DNA of 64,000 nucleotides from Candidatus Bathyarchaeota archaeon. Its GTDB lineage: Archaea; Thermoproteota; Bathyarchaeia; Bathyarchaeales; Bathyarchaeaceae. Of this stretch, positions 41,408 to 51,489 are shown piece after piece; position 1 is the stretch's first letter; each line of letters starts with the position of its first letter. The notes beneath the pieces were generated by a model, which worked only from the letters and a program-made list of their open reading frames with translations, did not search any database and was not told where the DNA came from. The stretch covers positions 1 through 64,000 of the forward strand of contig CAVOMX010000001.1 in NCBI GenBank assembly GCA_963697165.1, in the 5' to 3' direction. The translations under genes and the position numbers were made by a program.

Positions 41408-43885
41408 TTAATTCAAAACACTCTTTGATGTCAATTCCGTATTTTTAATAGTGGTTACTTCTCGGCAATTTTTTTGAGTCAACTTTTCAATAGTTTTTTC
41501 AATTTCATCTTTTGTAACCGAATCCACAATTTTTTGAATTTCATTAATTGTTGAAGCAAACTTCTGTCCTTCAGCTGCACTTATCCAGGCTAGATGAAGC
41601 CGATTTTTGTCCAAACCTAATCTTTCCATTTTTTTCCACAATTTTTCGACCCGCCTCTTAGTCTGGTAATTTGCATTTATGTAATGGCAATCATTCAAAT
41701 GACAACCAGCTACCAATACAGTTGCAGCTCCTCTAGCAAAAGCTCTTTCAACAAACTTTGTAGATATCCTTCCTGAACACATAGTTCGGATTATTCGAAC
41801 ACTAGGAGGATATTGCATTCTGCTAACCCCCGCGAAGTCAGCTCCTGCATAGGAACACCAGTTGCAACAAAATGCTATTATCTTCTTTTCGGCATTTTCC
41901 TCAGTTGCAGCATCTATTTGCACGTTTAATTGATGATCCGTAAAGTGTCTCATTTCAATGGCACCAAATGGGCACTCAGCACCACAGGTTCCACATCCAG
42001 AACAAGCAGCTTCGGCAACGGTAGATTCTTTGTTAACCTTGTCGACTGAAATTGCATTATATGGGCACACCCTTTCACACAAACCACATCCGGTACATTT
42101 TTCCGGAGACATAATGGGAGTGATAGCTTCAACAGTAACACTACCTTTAGCCATTAGAATACTTGCCCGAGCTGCAGCAGCACTCGCTTGAGTTACGCTA
42201 TCTTTGATGTCTTTAGGAGCTTCTGCACAACCAGCCAAAAAGACCCCCCCTGTTGGGGTGTCTACAGGCCTAAGTTTTGGATGAGCTTCCATGAAGAATC
42301 CATCAGAAGTCTTGGATAATCTTAAAAGTCGTTGAACTTCACTGCTATCATCTCTAGGTCTAAGACCAACAGAAAGAACGACCATCTCAGCGTCGATTTT
42401 ATATTTTCTATTTTCAAGAGTGTTTTCTCCTTTAAGCAGTAAGTTATTTGTTTTTTTATCCTCAATAATCTCGGCTGGCAGTCCACGAATAAAGATAGCC
42501 CCTACTTCTTTTGCTCTTCGATAAAGGTCCTCAAACCCTTTTCCAAATGAACGTATATCGATGTAAAAAACATAGATTCTGACCTCTGGCCAATGCTCCT
42601 TAATGAGTAAGGCATCTTTTATAGTGTTCATACAACACACATTGCTGCAGTAAGGGTTACCATCTTTTTCAGATCGAGAACCGATGCATTGAATAAATGC
42701 AACGGATTTTGGAATGTTCAAATCACTAGGTCTTACCAAACGACCGCCTGTAGGTCCTCCGGCATTAATTAAACGCTCAAACTCCATCGAAGTTACTATG
42801 TTTGGAAACCGCAAGTAACCATATTTCGTTATAGACACCGGATCAAAAACATCCAAACCAGTTGCTACAATAATTGTTCCTACATCCAGTTCAATTTCTT
42901 CACCTTTATCCGTGAAATCTATTGCTGCAGGGCCACATACTTCTTTACATTTTGCACAAGTATTATCTTCAAGACCTATGCATGATTTCTCGTCAATAAG
43001 ATATTTAGCTGGAACGCTTTGAGCAAAAGGAATGTAAATAGATTTTCGCCAAGTTAAACCTGTTTCAAATTCATTTGGGACTTCGATTGGACATACATTA
43101 GCGCAATCACCACAAGCAGTACAGTCTTTTGTAACATATCTTGGTTTTTTCTTAACTTTGACTTTGAAGTTTCCAATGTAACCAGCAACTTCTGTAACCT
43201 CACTATTTGCCAACAATTCAATTTTAGGGTGTTTGCCTACATCAGACATCTTTGGTGCAAGAATACAAATGGAACAATCCATAGTGGGGAATGTTTTATC
43301 AATCTGAGCCATTTTCCCTCCGATACTAGGGCTCTTCTCTACAAGGTAAACTTGATATCCGGTGTCAGCCAGATCAAGAGCTGCCTGAATACCAGCAACA
43401 CCTCCACCAATAACCAACGCTTTTTTTGTAACTGGAACAACAGCTTCTTCTTGAGGTTCCAAAAAAGTAACCCTTGCCACTGCCATCCGAACTAAATCCT
43501 TAGCTTTTTCTGTTGCTTTTTCAGGCTCGTAAAGATGCACCCAACTACAATGTTCCCTTATGTTTGCCATTTCAAACAAGTACTTGTTTAGTCCAGCTTC
43601 TTCGCAGGTCCTTCTAAAAGTCGGTTCATGAAGTCGAGGAGTACAAGACGCAACAACAACTCTATTCAGATTTTGTTCGATAATATCTTTCTTAATTGTT
43701 TCTTGTCCAGGGTCAGAACATGTGTACAAATTATGTTTCGCCAATTTGACCTGAGGAAGAGTAGCAGCATATTTTGCTACTGCCTCACAATCTACAGACC
43801 CTGCAATATTTTTTCCACAATGGCAAACATATACTCCTATACGAATTTCTTCATCTGGTTTAGATCTGAATTCTAAGTATTCCAT
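41408..43885 (-). CDS. hdrA: Heterodisulfide reductase subunit A fused to an MvhD-like 2Fe-2S domain
   Basis: GVYVCHCG, ANIREHCSWVH, GGGVAG, DKTFPTMDCSIC, QCIGSR, CSNVCCM, HPKLRP, then AFCCNWCSYAGAD...CSGR...GCHLNDCHY. Confidence 0.95.
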   Translation of the reverse strand: MEYLEFRSKPDEEIRIGVYVCHCGKNIAGSVDCEAVAKYAATLPQVKLAKHNLYTCSDPGQETIKKDIIEQNLNRVVVASCTPRLHEPTFRRTCEEAGLNKYLFEMANIREHCSWVHLYEPEKATEKAKDLVRMAVARVTFLEPQEEAVVPVTKKALVIGGGVAGIQAALDLADTGYQVYLVEKSPSIGGKMAQIDKTFPTMDCSICILAPKMSDVGKHPKIELLANSEVTEVAGYIGNFKVKVKKKPRYVTKDCTACGDCANVCPIEVPNEFETGLTWRKSIYIPFAQSVPAKYLIDEKSCIGLEDNTCAKCKEVCGPAAIDFTDKGEEIELDVGTIIVATGLDVFDPVSITKYGYLRFPNIVTSMEFERLINAGGPTGGRLVRPSDLNIPKSVAFIQCIGSRSEKDGNPYCSNVCCMNTIKDALLIKEHWPEVRIYVFYIDIRSFGKGFEDLYRRAKEVGAIFIRGLPAEIIEDKKTNNLLLKGENTLENRKYKIDAEMVVLSVGLRPRDDSSEVQRLLRLSKTSDGFFMEAHPKLRPVDTPTGGVFLAGCAEAPKDIKDSVTQASAAAARASILMAKGSVTVEAITPIMSPEKCTGCGLCERVCPYNAISVDKVNKESTVAEAACSGCGTCGAECPFGAIEMRHFTDHQLNVQIDAATEENAEKKIIAFCCNWCSYAGADFAGVSRMQYPPSVRIIRTMCSGRISTKFVERAFARGAATVLVAGCHLNDCHYINANYQTKRRVEKLWKKMERLGLDKNRLHLAWISAAEGQKFASTINEIQKIVDSVTKDEIEKTIEKLTQKNCREVTTIKNTELTSKSVLN

Positions 43886-45357
43886 ACTCTCACTTCCTCA
43901 GAATTTTTGTCTGATTTTTCAGGTTTATTTCTTAAATAACTGTCAATGGATTTTGCAGCTTGTTTTCCAGCTGCGATAGCCTCCATAATTGATGCTGACC
44001 CAGATATTGCGTCTCCACCAGCGAAAATACCACATGAACTTGTCTTTAATGACAATGGATCCACTGATATTGTACTTTTTTCACTAATTTCAACTGTTTT
44101 CGGAAGAAAGACCGTATTTGGAGATTGACCTATTGCAATTATTATTGTTTCAGCTTCTATTACAAATTCAGAATCTTTAATTGGAATTGGTCGCTTCCTA
44201 CCAGTATCATCGATTTCACCCAAATCCATTCTCACACATTCAATACCAGTTACCTTACCTTTTTCACCTATAATCCGATTTGGAGCTACTAGAAATTCAA
44301 TTTTAATGCCAGCTTCTTTTGCCTCTTTGATTTCCCATAGACCTGCAGGCATATCATCCTCAGATCTTCGATATAAAATAATGACATCTTTTGCTCCAAG
44401 TCTCAAAGCGGTTATAGCAGAGTCAATCGCAACATTACCTCCACCAATTACTGCAACTTTATCAGTAACTTTTGCTTTTTTGGAATTCGCTTTTTCTAGA
44501 AAATCAAGAGCATAAACAATTCCATCCAGTTTATCACCCTGAATTTTGAGAATACGCTCATGATGACTACCTGTGGCTATAAATACTGCATCAAATTCTT
44601 TGACAAGCTTTTTGAAATCAAGATTTTTGCCAATTACCATATTTGTTTTAAATTCAATTCCATAATCTTTTATCATATCAATATCAAAATTAATTGATTT
44701 CCTAGGAAGACGATATTCTGGAATACATCTTCTCAACATTCCACCTGGCGATGCCGAAGCCTCAAAAACTGTAACCGAGTACCCTTTTATAGCTAGATCT
44801 TTGGCTGCTGAAAGACCGGCTGGACCGGATCCGATTATGGCAACTTTATTTTGGTTTGCGGTAGCAAAGTATCGTTTCTTCTTTTTTACAAATTCGTCTG
44901 TGAGAGAAGCATATTGAATAGCATTTTTTACAATTTGTTTATTTTTAATAACCCTTTCTGGATGAAAACAAACATGACATGTTGAAGCCAAAAGAGGAAT
45001 TTTTTCTTCGAGTATGCTCAAAGCTTTGTAGAATCCTTCAAGATAACCGACTTCAACAGCTAACCTTCTTACGGTTTGAAAAATTTCGGGAAGGTTGAGG
45101 TTTTGAGGGCATCGTCTATAACATCGATAACACCATGCACAAAGCCATAATTCTGGTGATTTCAGGATTTTTTTATCGCTTATAGAAAGGTTATGAAGTA
45201 ATACTCTCGGATTATAATATTCTGGAACTAATTCTGCAACTGGACAACTGGCAGTGCAAATACCGCACTCAAAACATAACTTCAGTTTTTCAAAATCTAA
45301 GATATTATCAAGAGCTTTGTCCAGGTTTATTTCTTCACTCTTTTTTAATATGCTCAA
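43873..45357 (-). CDS. HdrC-like 2x[4Fe-4S] domain fused to a GltD/NfnB-like FAD/NADPH oxidoreductase
   Basis: CFECGICTASCP and LWLCAWCYRCYRRCP; GSGPAG, IPEYRLP, GGGNVAID...YRRS, FAGGD. Confidence 0.88.
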   Translation of the reverse strand: MSILKKSEEINLDKALDNILDFEKLKLCFECGICTASCPVAELVPEYYNPRVLLHNLSISDKKILKSPELWLCAWCYRCYRRCPQNLNLPEIFQTVRRLAVEVGYLEGFYKALSILEEKIPLLASTCHVCFHPERVIKNKQIVKNAIQYASLTDEFVKKKKRYFATANQNKVAIIGSGPAGLSAAKDLAIKGYSVTVFEASASPGGMLRRCIPEYRLPRKSINFDIDMIKDYGIEFKTNMVIGKNLDFKKLVKEFDAVFIATGSHHERILKIQGDKLDGIVYALDFLEKANSKKAKVTDKVAVIGGGNVAIDSAITALRLGAKDVIILYRRSEDDMPAGLWEIKEAKEAGIKIEFLVAPNRIIGEKGKVTGIECVRMDLGEIDDTGRKRPIPIKDSEFVIEAETIIIAIGQSPNTVFLPKTVEISEKSTISVDPLSLKTSSCGIFAGGDAISGSASIMEAIAAGKQAAKSIDSYLRNKPEKSDKNSEEVRVWNT

Positions 45358-46237
45358 TCAACTCCCAATATTTTGCTAAACTTTCCAAAAGTCCATTATT
45401 CCTTGAAACAAAATTGTCATGGTGAGTTAGCATGTATTCTTCAACAAGTCGAATAGCTTCTTCTAACCATTCTAACGTTTTTTCAATCTTTTCTTTACTT
45501 CCAGTTGGAACCATTGTAGAAAGGTGCTTTTTTACAAACATGCCATAGACGAGAATTTCTATTGGATTGGTTTCAGCGAATGCATCAAAGAGAAGGTTTA
45601 ATGATTTTTTTATGGCTTTGTTTTGGTTAACTTCCTGAATTAAACCATTAACCTCTTTCTCTGTTTGGTTTTCCGTTTTTTTCTGTTGTTTATTATCACT
45701 CTGGAGTTTTTTGGTTTTATTGACGGTATTTTCTGATAGCCCAAAAGTTTCTTTGATAAGTATTTTTTCTGTAGCTTTCAGAATGTTCTTATCTAGTTCT
45801 TTCCTTGTTACCAAGCTTAATGCTTCTTCTGGGCACCATTCGATACATTGGGGTTCGCCGTCACAAAGATCACAAATTAATACTGTTTCTCTTTCTGGAT
45901 GCAAAGAAATTGCACCGTGAGGACAAACTTCCATACATACTCCACAACAATCGCATTGATTTTCATCTACAATTATTACTCCTGTTTTTTCAGATTGAAC
46001 AAGACATTTTTGAGGACAAGCAATAACACACGGCGCGTTTTTGCATAATCTACAGGTCATAGCCAAGTTAACAATTCTATACATTCGAAGAATCTTTATT
46101 CTGGAACAACGTGAATTATATTGATTTTCGCGCTTAATTGCACAAATAAGTTCGCAGGTTCCACATCCGGTGCATTTTTCTAGATCAGCAGCGATAAATT
46201 TTTTCTCTGAAATAGAAGTTTGATTCAATTGTTGCAT
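45335..46237 (-). CDS. 4x[4Fe-4S] HydN/DmsB-like electron-transfer protein with a C-terminal extension
   Basis: CTGCGTCELIC, CRLCKNAPCVIACP, CDCCGVCMEVCP, CDLCDGEPQCIEWCP. Confidence 0.88.
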   Translation of the reverse strand: MQQLNQTSISEKKFIAADLEKCTGCGTCELICAIKRENQYNSRCSRIKILRMYRIVNLAMTCRLCKNAPCVIACPQKCLVQSEKTGVIIVDENQCDCCGVCMEVCPHGAISLHPERETVLICDLCDGEPQCIEWCPEEALSLVTRKELDKNILKATEKILIKETFGLSENTVNKTKKLQSDNKQQKKTENQTEKEVNGLIQEVNQNKAIKKSLNLLFDAFAETNPIEILVYGMFVKKHLSTMVPTGSKEKIEKTLEWLEEAIRLVEEYMLTHHDNFVSRNNGLLESLAKYWELIEHIKKE

Positions 46238-46982
46238 TTCTTTGTTACCCTCTAAAAAGCATCTAAATTTCCGTAGTGGCTGGCCGAGATCTTTTTTGGG
46301 ATTTATTTACAGAAAGATTGACTTTCACAATGTTTTTGTGGATTTCTTTCTCGTTTGCTAATTTTAATCTCAAATATGGACAAAAGTTAAGGTGATCGGG
46401 AAAAACGTGATGACTAGAACCAAAGGGTTTTTTCAAAAGATTCATGCTTTTCACTTCAATCTAACGTTTAGTATACGTTATGCATCAAGGTAAACCTTGA
46501 TATCAAATTTTTAGAATAATTGGTTCTCTAGTTACATTTAATGTTACTTTAATCAATGGAATTCAATCATTATTTTTTAAAAAAAATATTGGTCACTTTA
46601 ATTGTAACTTGAATCTAAATCTAAGGGATAAAATACGCAAAATATTTCTTTTTAATTTTTAAAATTCTTAGTGGTGTTCCCTGCTGGTTTGGTAATTTAC
46701 GGTGCGCGGCTTTATTTTGATCCACCCAAAATCATCTAGGTAAAAACCAACCATTTAGGCGGGGAAACGACTTTCCCAAATAAACCTATTCGCAGGTGAA
46801 ATGGAGCTATATGCACAAGAGTATGTTAACGGTTGGGAAATCTTGGTTAGTGGTGTAACCCAAACACAAAGCTAATTCACACTAAAGTGTTCGAACCACC
46901 TCTCTTATTTGTGTGCTCCTTGTAAGCATACAAAGAATTTTATGTCCGTAACCGATTATTCTTATTTTGGGGGGTTGATGAT

Positions 46983-47468
46983 TTGAAAAATATTAAAATT
47001 AGGGTTTTAAGTGAGAGCGATCTTGATGCAGTAGTCGAAATCGACAAGAAGGTATTTGGAAAAGAAAGGCGAGAATTCTGGAAAAGAAAAATCGCATATT
47101 CCGATATTTATCCGCGTCCTGCTCTGGTAGCCGAGGTTGAAGGGAAAGTTGTTGGATTTATATTAGGATTTGTAAGTGGTTGGGAATTCGGAGTTCCCGA
47201 TTCCGTTGGATGGATAGACACAGTGGGAGTCGATCCGGTTTACCAACGAAAAGGGATTGGCAGATTATTATTTAACGAGTTAATTGAAGTTTTCAAAAGA
47301 AGTGGACTTGAGAAAATGCCTGACCAAAAAGAAAGCAAATCAAAGATAGAAGGTGTAAATGTTGTTTACACTTTGGTGAGCTGGGATCGCTGGGATTTGG
47401 TACCATTCTATCATGCTATGGGATTCAAAAAAGGCAATATGCTGAATCTAGAATTAAAAATAAGATAA
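46983..47468 (+). CDS. GNAT N-acetyltransferase
   Basis: LVAEVEGKVVGF, GVDPVYQRKGIG, FYHAMGF. Confidence 0.9.
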   Translation: MKNIKIRVLSESDLDAVVEIDKKVFGKERREFWKRKIAYSDIYPRPALVAEVEGKVVGFILGFVSGWEFGVPDSVGWIDTVGVDPVYQRKGIGRLLFNELIEVFKRSGLEKMPDQKESKSKIEGVNVVYTLVSWDRWDLVPFYHAMGFKKGNMLNLELKIR

Positions 47469-47590
47469 GAGAATTATTGACCAAGTAGGGTTTTACTAAC
47501 ATACACCCTTTTAGCCAAAATCCGTGAGCTCTGGACACAAAGCATAATATTAAATAAGTACTAAATAGAACCGATTTATGGGGTTACATT

Positions 47591-48148
47591 TTGACCATTA
47601 TTGCATTGTTTGTTGGTGGTCTAGTTGCTACAATAGTCGTTATTGTTATTCTGCTATTCTTCTATTATCATAATCGAATAAGAATACTGTATAATCGGAT
47701 TGAAGAGGCATGGGCTCAAATTGATGTCCAACTTAAAAAACGCTACGATATGGTTCCAAATCTAGTTGAAACTGTAAAAGGCTATGCCAAGCACGAAAAG
47801 GAAATCTTTGAAAAAGTTGCTGAGGCTCGCCAAGGAATGATAAACGGTAGCAGAGACGAACGAATGGAATCTTCCAATCAACTCACCAACACACTAAAAT
47901 CATTATTTGCAATAGCAGAGAACTATCCAATTCTAAAAGCAAATGAAAACTTTAAACTTTTACAAGAACAACTAGAAGGCATCGAGAACAAAATCGCTTA
48001 CGCTCGTCAATACTACAATAGTTCCGTTCTAAGCTACAACAATATCATAACCACAATTCCAGGCAGCTGGTTCGCAGGAAACAGAACAAAACACGAATTT
48101 CTAACAATTCCTGAAGAAGAACGAAGCCCTGTAAAAGTGAAATTCTAA
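47591..48148 (+). CDS. lemA: LemA family protein
   Basis: AWAQIDVQLKKRYD, AENYP.LKANENF, IAYARQYYN. Confidence 0.95.
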   Translation: MTIIALFVGGLVATIVVIVILLFFYYHNRIRILYNRIEEAWAQIDVQLKKRYDMVPNLVETVKGYAKHEKEIFEKVAEARQGMINGSRDERMESSNQLTNTLKSLFAIAENYPILKANENFKLLQEQLEGIENKIAYARQYYNSSVLSYNNIITTIPGSWFAGNRTKHEFLTIPEEERSPVKVKF

Positions 48149-49044
48149 TGGCTAAAACCAGTTATAGAGACGAAATAGCCAAGAACAAACTATCATCTAT
48201 AATACTCGTAATAATCGTCTCCCTGATCCTCTTTTTTTTAATATATTTCATAATAATTTTTTTAATACCTGAACTTCTTCTTATTGCCCTCCCACTTTCA
48301 GCGTTTTTCATTCTATTATACACCTACAGCTCCTACAGGTTCGGTGATAGCGTAGTTCTCTCAACCACAAATGCTAAACCCGCTCAAGCAAGAGACTACC
48401 AATATCTTCTAGACACCGTTGAAGGCCTAAGCATCGCTTCAGCTATTCCACCACCAAAAGCATATGTAATTGAAAGTGAGGACTTGAACGCCTTTGCCAC
48501 AGGACGAAATCCAGAAAATGCAAGCATAGCAGTTACTACGGGACTTGTCAGGTCCTTGAATAGACAAGAACTTGAAGGTGTAATCAGTCACGAAATAGCA
48601 CACATAAAAAACCGAGACATCCTATTCATGACCCTTGTTGCAGTTTTAGTGGGTCTTGCCGCCATTGTAAGCCATTTAATTTTACGCTCACTCTGGTTTG
48701 GAGCCCAAAGAGATCGAAGAGACAGAGGTGGCATCATGATCGTCTTGCTCATAGTTGGAATAATTTTGGCTATTTTTGCTCCAATAGCTACTCGACTCGT
48801 ACAATATGCCGTATCTAGAAAGCGCGAATATTTAGCAGATGCATCAGGGGCGGGTTTAACCCGGTACCCTGAAGGATTAGCTTCTGCCCTTGAAAAAATA
48901 GCTAGCAAAAACCAGGGACGAATAAACGTAAGCGAAGCTGTAAGCCACCTATTTTTCGTAGACCCTAAAAAAAGTTCATTAGATAGCCTATTCGCCACCC
49001 ACCCTCCAATAAACGAAAGAATAAAACGATTAAGAAAAATGTGA
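48148..49044 (+). CDS. htpX: M48 membrane zinc protease HtpX
   Basis: NAFATGRNP, HEIAH, SRKREYLAD, THPP. Confidence 0.95.
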   Translation: MAKTSYRDEIAKNKLSSIILVIIVSLILFFLIYFIIIFLIPELLLIALPLSAFFILLYTYSSYRFGDSVVLSTTNAKPAQARDYQYLLDTVEGLSIASAIPPPKAYVIESEDLNAFATGRNPENASIAVTTGLVRSLNRQELEGVISHEIAHIKNRDILFMTLVAVLVGLAAIVSHLILRSLWFGAQRDRRDRGGIMIVLLIVGIILAIFAPIATRLVQYAVSRKREYLADASGAGLTRYPEGLASALEKIASKNQGRINVSEAVSHLFFVDPKKSSLDSLFATHPPINERIKRLRKM

Positions 49045-49058
49045 TTGGCCTTTCCTTG

Positions 49059-49484
49059 CTATTTAACATCGACGTTGACTTCGATTCCTTTTCTGATGCT
49101 TTGAGTTACAGTGCAGTAGTCTTCAAAAATCGTTAAACAACGGTGAATTTGGGGTTTGTCTTCTTCTTTCACTTTTAGATTTATTTGTACATCGATGCTT
49201 CTAATTCTTAATTTTCCGTTTTCATTACGAAATAGGTTTGTTTTAATTGTTGTTTCAAGGTTTTTGATGGTAATTCTTGCTTTTTTTAGACAATAAATTA
49301 GGCTTGAACTCATACAATGTCCAACGGCAGCGGATAGTAGTCTGGTTGGGTTTGGTCCGGAACCTTCACCTTCAGGTTTTGTTTCATCTACTAAGAAAGT
49401 AGGAATGTATTCATCATCTGATGTTACATTGAATTTGTAGCCATCTATGAGATGCAATTTTGTAACAATACTCTTCTCTGACAT
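49059..49484 (-). CDS. OsmC family protein
   Basis: GPNPTRLLSAAVGHC...YCTVTQSI. Confidence 0.88.
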   Translation of the reverse strand: MSEKSIVTKLHLIDGYKFNVTSDDEYIPTFLVDETKPEGEGSGPNPTRLLSAAVGHCMSSSLIYCLKKARITIKNLETTIKTNLFRNENGKLRIRSIDVQINLKVKEEDKPQIHRCLTIFEDYCTVTQSIRKGIEVNVDVK

Positions 49485-49570
49485 TTGGGCACCGCTATAA
49501 AACTATAAAATACAGTTATTTTTGCATTATCTCGATGCGAGAACATTAAACCTACTAAGAGTCTATCAGC

Positions 49571-49702
49571 TTAACCCAATGAGTAGGAATCTAGATATGA
49601 AATATCTAAAAAATTTTGAATGTTTATGAAGAGTATATTTTGGATTGACTCTAAGTGGAACTTGTATTGGGTTGTAATTGTTATATTTGGGCGAGATGTC
49701 CT
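49571..49702. repeat. Inverted-repeat element family A copy plus adjoining conserved segment
   Basis: tctagatatg...ttttgaatgtttatgaagagtata then ttgactct...ggaacttgtattgggttgtaattgttatatttggg, matching 54702-54830. Confidence 0.75.
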
Positions 49703-49743
49703 AAAATTTTCCAAGAACAAAGGGAAAAATTTCAGGTTCTATT

Positions 49744-50331
49744 CTAAGTTTGCAGTTTTTTTGGTCGTTTCGATGTTTGCCTATAAAGATGCCATAATAG
49801 AAAATATGTTATTGAGAGGGCAATAGGTGCAATTATTATCCAAAGGGAAGAAAATAATGAAGCAAAATTAATTGCAAAATGAAGCCCCACTGCGATAAGA
49901 TAGAAAATCAATGATCTTTTTGTTCCGATGCCATAAGCTGTTATCGATGTTTGATGCATAAAAAAAATTTGGGTAACCTTATGGATATCGATTGCTTTAA
50001 TACAAATACGTATAGGATGAATTCGGTTAAGCCAAATCCTATTCCTACAATAAAACCTAATGAAAATTTTGATTTTGTCGTTTCGCCGTGACGATAGAAT
50101 AGAGGGAAGGCTTTTGCGAACTACTCGACAAAAGGTGTGAAGATGAAAATAGAACAGATTTCAGCGCATAGTATTGGCAGAGCTAGACAAAGAGAATCTG
50201 TAAATGTCCCCACAAATAGGGTAGAAGGGTAACGCTTGTTATTATTCCAGAGAGGAAGAAAAATAGTTTTTCCTGTATGCTAGGAATATGGACAAAAAAA
50301 CAGAACTTTTATTTTTTTCTGAGGTTCGCAT
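49744..50331 (-). pseudogene. PrsW-family intramembrane protease pseudogene
   Basis: TPFVE*FAKAFPLFYRHG (conserved EExxK broken by TAG), GIGFGLTEF, AVGLHFAIN; several frameshifts. Confidence 0.8.
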
Positions 50332-50531
50332 TGTAGATGGAACAATGCTATTTTGAAATAAAAACCCTTTAGCATGAAATATTCCAAATTCACTTAACAG
50401 TATGCTCTATTTCACGTTGGGTTAAATTTTAACTCCAAACCCAAACAAGATAAGTGTGAGAGCAAGAATTTTAGGAAGTATATCGGATATCGAAATATAG
50501 TATAAATACATTTTTGATTATGTAATAGTTG

Positions 50532-50583
50532 TGGATGCGTGCATTTTTATTTCCTCAAGTGAGTTCACAAACTAATTTTGTGC
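50532..50583. repeat. Dispersed repeat family C, copy 1 (copy 2 at 54873-54925)
   Basis: tggat..gtgcatttttatttcct...agttcac...ctaatttt..tgc in both. Confidence 0.7.
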
Positions 50584-50791
50584 GCATTCACTCCAATCTC
50601 CGGATTATCTTTAGGTACGCAAATTCAAATCAAAACTGATTTTCTGCTTAACAAACACAACTTTAACAATTCGATAAAGACGCTACGAAAAAACCACTCG
50701 AACAAGAAGAGAAAGATTTTGTGAAGTCTTGAAGTGTGAATCTGATCAGCTGATTATTAGTTTAGCGAATAAGTTACTAAATCTAGAATGA

Positions 50792-50850
50792 TAGACTCCG
50801 TGAAGTCTAGATGTGTATTTTGTTAATATTTTGAATGTTTACAGAGTCAA
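50792..50850. repeat. Inverted-repeat element family A copy (MITE-like)
   Basis: tagactccgtgaagtctagatgtg...atattttgaatgtttacagagtcaa. Confidence 0.7.
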
Positions 50851-50947
50851 GGACGCTAGGGGTCTTAGCGCTTTGAGTATTTCTTTTAAGTTTTTGTTGT
50901 ACTTCAATTACTAGGTATAATGTAAATAACGATGCCAGAACCTTGGA

Positions 50948-51406
50948 GTGTGTTTGTTATTGTGGAAAGAAGATGAAACGGAATTTGATTACAGGCTAAG
51001 GGGAAAAGCTTGGAAAGTTTATTGGTTACTCTTAAGAACTGGTCGTGAAATGAGTGTTCGAGAAATTGAGAAAGTTTTGCATTTTAGCAGCCCTAGTATA
51101 GCGCATCATCATCTTGAACAGTTATGTCAGTTAGGTTTAGTTGAAAAACAAAAAGTTGGAGGAAATTACAGATTAGTTAGTGAAGTAAAAATTGGTGTCC
51201 TTAGACATTTTGTCAAGTTGGGAAGGCTAATGTTTCCAAGGTATTTTTTTTATGCAGTTTTCTCTTCAGCATTCTATATAGCATATCTAATATTATTAAC
51301 AAAGAACATCACAACGGAAAGCCTGTTCATAATCTCTTTTGGAGCAATAGTATCGATAATATTTTGGTATGAGGCACTTAGATTTTGGCGTCTAAAACCT
51401 TTCTAG
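50948..51406 (+). CDS. Membrane-anchored winged-HTH regulator (HTH plus 2 TM)
   Basis: MSVREIEKVLHFSSPSIAHHHLEQL...GLVEK...Y, then two TM helices. Confidence 0.8.
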   Translation: MCLLLWKEDETEFDYRLRGKAWKVYWLLLRTGREMSVREIEKVLHFSSPSIAHHHLEQLCQLGLVEKQKVGGNYRLVSEVKIGVLRHFVKLGRLMFPRYFFYAVFSSAFYIAYLILLTKNITTESLFIISFGAIVSIIFWYEALRFWRLKPF

Positions 51407-51489
51407 GGTCTTGTTCTAATTTCTAAAACAAATTGTTCCAAACATGGGGATAATATATCTATGATACTCATTTAATCATTTGTTTCAAT

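Noticed and set aside
46660..46900. GC-richer intergenic stretch as a possible ncRNA or riboswitch
   Set aside because: No recognisable family or convincing fold by eye; could equally be a gene remnant
50121..50123. In-frame TAG in prsW as pyrrolysine or stop recoding
   Set aside because: It replaces a conserved Glu (GAG to TAG, one substitution), the gene also has frameshifts, and TAG terminates intact genes elsewhere in the window
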